From the human T2T-CHM13v2.0 reference genome, Homo sapiens: a stretch of 64,000 nucleotides of DNA. The position numbers were made by a program, and so were the translations under genes. Positions within the stretch are counted from its first letter, which is position 1. Each line of letters begins with the position of its first letter. Of the stretch, positions 45,504 through 64,000 are shown piece by piece. The stretch lies in the NCBI RefSeq assembly GCF_009914755.1, contig NC_060930.1. One strand, 5' to 3'. The notes beneath the pieces are model-generated. The model was not told where the DNA came from and searched no databases. It saw only the letters and a program-made list of their open reading frames with translations.

Positions 45504-46452
45504 CAGGCTTGGCTCCATAATTTGTGGGGCCCAAAGCAAAATGAAAATTTGAGTTCCCTTGTTTGAAAAGCAAGAAAAATTACTGTTAAAGTTACTCAAT
45601 ATAATTCTGTTTCTTTTGCACTTTCTCTCGATTTGTCATGGAATTTTTTTATTTGCTATTTAACATAATTCTAAGTAAAGAAAAAATAAAATTTTTAATT
45701 ATTAGAATAAATTTTACCACTTTTCTTCATATTGTACAATGCCAATTTTAAATGCAAATTTAAAAGCATTTAACTTATATGTGTACTCACCAAAATTATA
45801 CAGCTATTATTTTTATAGCTCATACATATATATGTATTTCATTCTTACCTGAACAGTGGAATCACTGCACAAAACAAACTCTACTATTTTTTTATTTCAC
45901 TTACTGATATGCACACATTCTATCAACACTCTCTATGGTCAGTTTACTTGTATGTCATCATTTTCAGTATAAGTGCTTGACTAACACAAGTAAGAAATTA
46001 ACACAAGTAAGAAAATATGTGATGGAGTTTATTTGAACATCATTGATTTCTTTCACACCAACAAGTTCTGGTTTGAACAGAAAGCATAGCCTCTCAAGGC
46101 TTATCAGCCTTCCCCTGCACATGCTTACTCTAAGATGAAACATGTACCTGGTACTCATATTGAGTCTTGCTGAACTCCCATGCATTGTGAGTCCACTGGA
46201 ATTCTGTGATCATGAGACATCATATGTGAGTGGGAAGGCCAGGAATGGTGGGCATGCACATTGCACATAGTGCTTCTCCTCATGCATGTGGTCCATTGCC
46301 CCATCCAACTTTGCTTACAAAACACAGTTCAAAGATACATTTTTTTAAAAAATTATAAGACTGTGGCAATAGCATTACACTGAACTTGGAGCCCTTCTGA
46401 GAGTGACGCTGTGTGAGATTGCATAGGCCACACACCCATGTCACTGGCCCTG
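45504..46452 (-). mobile_element. hAT DNA transposon (MER45B-like)
   Basis: Minus strand starts CAGGGCCAGTGACATGGGTGTG...CTCAGAAGGGCTCC; other end caggcttggctccataatttgtggggccc is an imperfect TIR. Confidence 0.7.
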
Positions 46453-47141
46453 GACTCTCACTGGTTTCTGTGTCATCCAGTCCATCTAATAAGTGTCATG
46501 TGTAGTTCTGTCATCATCTTCTCTTTGTACATTTCATTCACCTTTATAAATTCAATTAACACCTCCCTGTCTTGCTCCCAGTTTTTCCCAGCCTCTGAAT
46601 ATCCAACTGCCTGCTGAATACATCTCAACACATACCACATCTAAAATAAAATCCACCATTTTTCCCCTAAAGCTGTTCTTCCTGGTTCAGTTAGCCAAAA
46701 ATCTCAGTCATTTGGTCCGCAGTCTGTACAAAGCTGATCACATGGTAGTTGCTCAATATACACTGCTGGTTTATTGACCAAATTGAATATCTGCCTGCAG
46801 TTACAATTTGTAAGAGTCAGCCTAGATCATTCAGAGATAGTTGTTCTGGTTGTAGATTTCCCATATCCTTATTTCTTTTCAAAATTATTCTTATAATACA
46901 GCTTCAAGACATTGGACAGAGGCAGGAAATAAAGTTTAGCCATCCACTTCTACCTAACATTAATTAAAAACTTGTAACAGGAACCGTGATGATATTAATA
47001 GTTAAATTGGATACCAAGATTTAGAGTAGATTTCATCTACATATGCTCACAACTTTGCTTTTCAGTTATTCCCAAATAAGCAGTTTCATTTCTTTTCCAT
47101 TTCCAGATTTCTATATACATGAACTTAAAAAAAAAAAATCC

Positions 47142-47492
<351 letters not shown>

Positions 47493-47518
47493 TCAAAGTC
47501 ACACTGGCTACTGTCTTA

Positions 47519-47767
47519 TTATTTGTATTCTTTGTTACAGAAATTGTAATTTGATGAACTTTAATTATGGTGTCTTGATATTTCCAGTGCTTCCCACTCT
47601 GGGTAGGCCATGAAAATAATGGTAACATTTGTGTTGTTATTCGTTATTTGTATTCTTTGTTACAGAAATTGTAATTTGATGAACTTTAATTATAGTGTCT
47701 TGATATTTCCAGTGTTTCCCACTCTGGGTAGGCCATGAAAATAATGGCAGTATTTGTGTTGTTATTC
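47519..47767. repeat. Tandem duplication with 125-bp period
   Basis: 47519-47642 versus 47644-47767, 5 mismatches. Confidence 0.95.
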
Positions 47768-48800
47768 TCGCATTTCCAGTTTAGACTGTAACCCAGAAGA
47801 GTTTGAAGGGTATTAAAAACAACATCAATAACAAAAAAGAAAAACAGAACTAATAAAGAAAGATGGGGGTTTAGATTATTTCAAACCTCATGATGATGTT
47901 TGGTTTATATTTAAGTGAGGTTCAAGTTAGTTCCTGTTTTTATGAGACTCTCTAGGTCCATTTCTAGCCACCTTTGCTTTAGGTTTGGCATGTGGAAAGA
48001 CTAAAACTGCCTTCTTGCCTGACTATGGTTCATCTAGTCACTAACTGCCTGCAACGCCAAGGTAGAACTTCTTATTTCAGGCAGCCCAGACACTGGAAAT
48101 AATGTGCTGCTTGTATTATAAATCCAAAGAAATGCCAAAATAACCTGTGGCTTTCAGGAGTGGTACAGTTAGCTTTTATGACCAAGGAATGGAAAGCCAA
48201 CTTAGAACCCAGTATCAACCTTTCCATTCAAACCTGCATTCTGGTGGACATTAAAGTTCTAGTTATTTGTGAAATTTAAAAATAATATTTTAAATGAGAT
48301 TTGCTTCTAAGCTGTTGTAAGATATATTTTATTTATGATATGTTATAGTAATCCTCTAATTTTGAGTTTCTCTCTTACTATTGTTTTAAACATCATTTAC
48401 ACTTCTGTGACATTTCTTATGCAATATCAAAGCCAATAAAGTAGTATATTAGTCAAGGAAGACATTGAATTTTTGATGCACACATCACTGTGGGTCATAA
48501 AATAGAAGTAAATGAGTAATTCCTACCTTCAGAAAATGAATCTTTTTGAGGCAATAATAATATAGGCCTATGAATAATTAGAGGACAATATAACATAGTA
48601 CATAGTCCAGTTAAAAAAAGAGGTTAGAAGAGGAAAAAGACCAGATCTCTATGTGGAGGAGAAAATGATGCTTAAACTGTCTTTCTCTTCGGAAAAATAA
48701 GGAGGACAAGAGAGGGCATCCATCTATTCAGAAGACTTGTGAAAATAAACTATCTAAGGGCCTTTACATATTGGTAGATGCTGCATGCTGTTTTTCGCTT

Positions 48801-55062
<6,262 letters not shown>

Positions 55063-55247
55063 ATTTTTCACTTGTTTATCTGTAAAGAACATAGCATTTA
55101 CAAAGACTAGGCTGTGTTCAATAATGAAGAGTTGGAGTGTGGGCAGATTATAAGAAAACTTAAGAACTTGAAAGAGCAACTTGTCTTGATAGAGGAAGAA
55201 ATGATTTCTTAAAGGGAGTGAAGTGGCAGAGGAATATGAGAAATATA

Positions 55248-59400
<4,153 letters not shown>

Positions 59401-62400
59401 CTGTATCAGGGAAACAGTATTCATATCTTATGTCTGGAAGGTAGGTATATAATTCAGACATATAAAATGATCTGGTATTATTTTGCTGCCTTTCTTAGAT
59501 GCTTTCTAATCTCCTTTTACCTTATTTGTATGGCCTGTTTAGAGATGCCTGCATTTGTGATATTCACTGTTATTCTCACATTTTTTTTTCTGAACAAAGG
59601 TATACCGTCCTATACCAGATAGGCCTCATTCCATCAAGCTCAATGACACCTCTGAGAATAGAACTGCCAAAAGTTCTATATGCTAACATGTTTTGAAACT
59701 TCTGACCCAGAATGTGGATCATGCCAGGTCTCAATATATTTAGTTCCTCCTTGTGTGGAGATTAAATATATTTTGCCTTTTGTACACAATCGATAAAGCC
59801 ATAAACAGAAGAAAATTTTACACCTTGCATTATTTCTCACTTTCTGTTATTTAACAGTGACACAGTTTTTGTTTTTCATTATTCTTCAAGTCTATCACAT
59901 TTTAATATTAAAGTCAGGTGATGAGGTCAGCAGGTTTTCTAACAAAAATGTTTTCCTTTATCTGCATTGAGATGTCGTGTGTCATTTTTCAGTAGCATAT
60001 TTGTTACTTTTGAGAGATATTTTATTAAATTATGCTTCTTGTGGTTATGTTTTATAACAAAATATTTTAAAATAAATTCTGCATTACTTTTCTGTGAAGG
60101 ACATTTCTAACTACCAGCCACAATGTTTCTTCTTTATTTCACAGGGATGCAAACTGGTGAGCTGTTAATTCCTATAGCATCTATTTTATTAACAATCCTA
60201 AGATATAATAGCTCTGTTCTTAAAAAGGGTGTTTGATGTTCTGAATATTCAGTGTAATCCTCTGAGGCATGAAGAAATTCCTAAAACCTGATTAAACACG
60301 GTAAACTTGTTATATGAAAGTTTTCTACATGTCATTTGTTATATTTTTATTAAATACAATGTAATTTCTGGTAAATTGGAACCGAGGTAGTAAAGAGCCT
60401 GTTTAATAGCCAATACATTGATGTTGATGATAATGATGACATATTCTGGGAAGAGGAAGCAGATGTTGAAAATGTTTACCATCATTCTTGATGCATCCAT
60501 CTTTGACAATTATGGACTCCAGATTGAACAATATCTCTTTTTCATTCCTCTCAACCATCAAATCAGTTTAATAAGATGTGGAAGACCTAGTATGAGTTTG
60601 TAATACTCATGGTTTTGGAAATTGCGAGACAAAAATTTTGGTTTATAAATTTTGGTCCTGATAGAGTTGTGTAAGAAAGTTACTAAAAGAGCATTGAAAT
60701 AACAAATGACATTTGAAGCCCCTTCTCATTCAGAGAGCCTATGATTCTAATTGTATGGAGCCAAAGGTTATCTTCACTAGATTCTAGATATACTTTCTTG
60801 TCATTATTAACATCTAATTTATGCATAAATTTTACTGAAAACCCCTGTGTAAAACATGTTATGTGACATCAGTTAGATGTTCATTCCTTGGGTTTGCATT
60901 GGACCTCCACAGATGCTTCAGTTCAGCATTCAACCTTTGTGCCCTAACCTGCACCTCCTATAACTACCCTAATGTTTATTGCACTCTGCAGGGGATTGAT
61001 TATATTCTTCCCAATTCTCTCTTTTCTCCCACACTTCCCTGGACGTCTTCCCTGTCTTGATATATATATATATATTCATTTCCATTTGAAATAGTCCTTC
61101 ACTTGAAATCCAAAGAACCAACGTGCCAATAAATGAAATATAATCAAATAATTCTTACTAATAAAATTGCATTATTACATTTTCTTTGTTCATGAGTTTA
61201 TATTGCCTGTTTTTATTTGTAGCAGTTAGCAAATTCTTTTCTTCAATATTATAACTCATTTCAGTCATTTGTTATCTTTGCATTTATGGTTACTGCATTA
61301 GTAAGCTTTTGCTAAGTCATACTGTGAATATATATAACCACTGAAATCACAGTGGCCGGTAATAACCAGCCTTTATTTCTCTCTCATGTACATGTTGGCT
61401 GAAGACCAGCTTTGGCTCTGTTCCACATGTTCTGCATTTTGGGGTCAGGCTGAAGGAAAAGCTCCTATTTTGGTCTTGTGGCAGGGGGAAAAGAGCAATG
61501 TAAAGGCAAGTTTTAGCCAACTTGACATACTAAAAATGTCATCTTTTTTACTTAGGGTTGCATATCTTCGATTTAATATGTGGTCAACTATTTCCCATAT
61601 GTTCTGTTTTCTTTTTTCTGTAGTAAATTGTTTTTTTCTTGTTCTTTACCATATTATCTAAAGAATGTTAAATATTTATTTTACTGATTTATGAGTTCCT
61701 GACATATAAGAATAGTAGCACTGTTCTATAATTTTTGAAAACATTTTTCTAGTCTTTTTTGCCATTCAATTTATAATTTTTTAAATGCATAGAAAACAAT
61801 TTTTAATGTAGACAATTACATATATAAAATTTTAAGACTTTTTCAAATGACTATAACTATATAGTTTAAATGATCCTGTGCATAACCAAATCAGTTAGCT
61901 TACCAATAATTTTCTAATATTTCCTAGCTTCAAATTTTACATTTAAATATTCAATTTATTTAAAATGCGTCTTTATAGTGTGAGATAAAAATCCAAGTTC
62001 TTTTTTTTCAAAATATCCAATCTCTTGTCTCTTTAGAAAAATAATGTTTTTTTAATCAGTAGTACATTCATATGGTTCAAAATACAAAAAGCATAAAATT
62101 GCAGTATCTTTCCTACTGTGTCCCACGTCACATAGCAATAAAAGGAGCTAGTCTTGTAGCATATTCTCTTCCCCATTCCCAGTTTTTCTAAATACAATAT
62201 GGGTTTAACATACAGTTAATTGTGTTTTTTATATACATTCTATCTTATAATTATTTTTCTATATTTAGATGAATAAGAAAATACATATTAAACAATTATT
62301 GAGAAAATGATATTTTATCTGCCAATACTTTTAAACCACCATTACTCATGAGCTCTTAATTTTACTCTCAAATTAGTTAGAATAAATTTTCACATAGTTT

Positions 62401-62428
62401 TTTTCCCCCAAGAAGTTAACATAGAAGG

Positions 62429-63188
62429 AGTGATGGTTAATACTGAGTGTCAACTTGATCGGATTGAAGGATACAAACTATTGATCCTGGGTGTATCTGT
62501 GAGGGTGTTGTCAAAGGAGATTAACATTTGAGTCAGTGGGCTGGGAAAGGCAGACTCATCCTTAATTGGGTGGGTACCATCTAATCAGCTGCCAGCAAAT
62601 ATAAAGCAGGAAAAAACATGAAAAGGAGAGACTGGCCTAGCCTCCCAGCCCACAGGTTTCTCCCATGCTGGACGCTTTCTGCCCTTGAACATCGGACTCC
62701 CGATCTTCTTCTTCTTCTTCTTCTTTTTTTTTTGTTGTTGTTGTTTTCTGAGATGGAGTCTCGCTCTGTCACCCAGGCTGGAGTGCAATGGCGCGATCTT
62801 GGCACACTCCAACCTCTACCTCCCAGGTTCAAGCAATTCTCCTGACTCAGCCTCATGAGTAGGTGGGACTACAGGCCCCTGCCACAATGCCTGGCTAACT
62901 TTTGTATTTTTAATAGAGATGGAGTTTCACCATGTTGGCCACACTGGTCTTGAACTCCTGATCTTGTGATCCGCCTGCCTTGGCCTCCCAAAGTGCTGGG
63001 ATTACAGGTATGAGCCACCGTGCCTGGCCCAGTTCTTCAGTTTTGAGACTTGGACTGGCTCTCCTTGCTCCTCAAGCTTGCAGACAGCCTATTGTGGGAC
63101 CTTGTGATCATGTAAGTCAATACTCAATAAATTCCTCTTTATATATATCTTATTAGTTCTGTCCCTCTGGAGAACCCTGACTAATACA
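62429..63188 (+). mobile_element. MLT2A (probably MLT2A2) 5' LTR of HERV-L, interrupted by an antisense Alu (62705-63029)
   Basis: gtgatggttaatactgagtgtcaacttgat... start, ...gagaaccctgactaataca end, AATAAA at 63126. Confidence 0.9.
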
Positions 63189-64000
63189 GATTTTGCTACC
63201 AGGAGTGGTTCTAGAGGAACAAAATATTAAGGATGGACTTCTTTTGTTGGTTTTGGGATTTCTGGAGTTGGCTACTTAATATGATTAGACTCCAAATTCT
63301 TAGGACTATACGTCTAATAGTATGGAGAACACTGATAGTCCTTGCTGTGAACAAGGAACTGATAGGCCTTGTTTAGAGAGTTACGTAAAATAAATGCATT
63401 TGACACTGCTGGTTCATTGCTCATGAGGGGCAAGGAGTTTAGTGATTTTATACATAATATCTTTGACCATATGAGGAGAACCAAGGACATAATGAAGCTG
63501 GTTGGTTGCTCCTAAGTTCAATGGACGAAGTGATGAAAGAAAGTGATGAACTCAGGGATTCTGTCTCCCAGCTTCAGAAGCAGATACTGAACATCAAATC
63601 TGCTAAGATTGCCCTGAGTGAGAGTCTTATCTCCCATGGAGAAAGAGCTGAAATTGTGAAAAAACAGACACAAGCTCTTATCATGTGAGTGGCTGACCTG
63701 CAACTAAAGGTGCTTGCACAGCCTCACCAGGTGTCTACTGTTAAAGTGAGAGCACTGATTGGAAAATAATGGGACCCTGCAACTTGGAATGCGGATGTGT
63801 GGGAGGACCCTGTTGAAGCTGGGGACACTGAGTTTGTAAACTCTAATGAACCTTTTTTGCCAGAAGAAACAGCTTCCCCATTCCCAGTAGTGGCAACATC
63901 CCCTCCCCAGCCCATGATTCCATCAGCCTTTCCACCTTTGTCTGAGGAGATAAACCCTGCACTGCCTGAGGCAACAGTGATGGCCTCTCCTGAGGCCGTT
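63189..64000 (+). mobile_element. HERV-L internal sequence (PBS region and decayed gag), continuing beyond the window
   Basis: gattttgctaccaggagtggttctagagga directly follows the LTR; gag-like remnant ELRDSVSQLQKQ...QTQALIM*VADLQ with stops. Confidence 0.85.

Overview
Human genomic DNA, identified from its Alu/L1/HERV content and one recognisable exon. The window holds the 3' end of BCKDHB (branched-chain alpha-keto acid dehydrogenase E1 beta, + strand). Positions 1-22082 are the last coding intron, and 22083-22223 encode the C-terminal 46 aa plus TGA. A 2157-nt intron (22232-24388) starts 8 nt after the stop and can be spliced or retained. A short terminal exon carries AATAAA at 24663. The remainder is repeat-rich flank: many Alus, a solo MER11 LTR with a perfect 6-bp TSD, a near-full-length L1PB hosting a full-length RPL17 processed pseudogene, a twin-primed L1 nested in an older L1, and an MLT2A/HERV-L provirus start at the right edge. 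Almost all ORF-track entries are repeat-derived or spurious, and the real exon is missing from the track. Best leads: (i) inverted Alus flanking the last coding exon, whose skipping would give an in-frame, NMD-escaping 37-aa alternative C-terminus; (ii) a templated insertion with flanking duplication at about 26.5 kb; (iii) a strong CTCF motif in a CpG-retaining patch in the intron. Repeat subfamily names come from recalled consensus sequences, not a RepeatMasker run.
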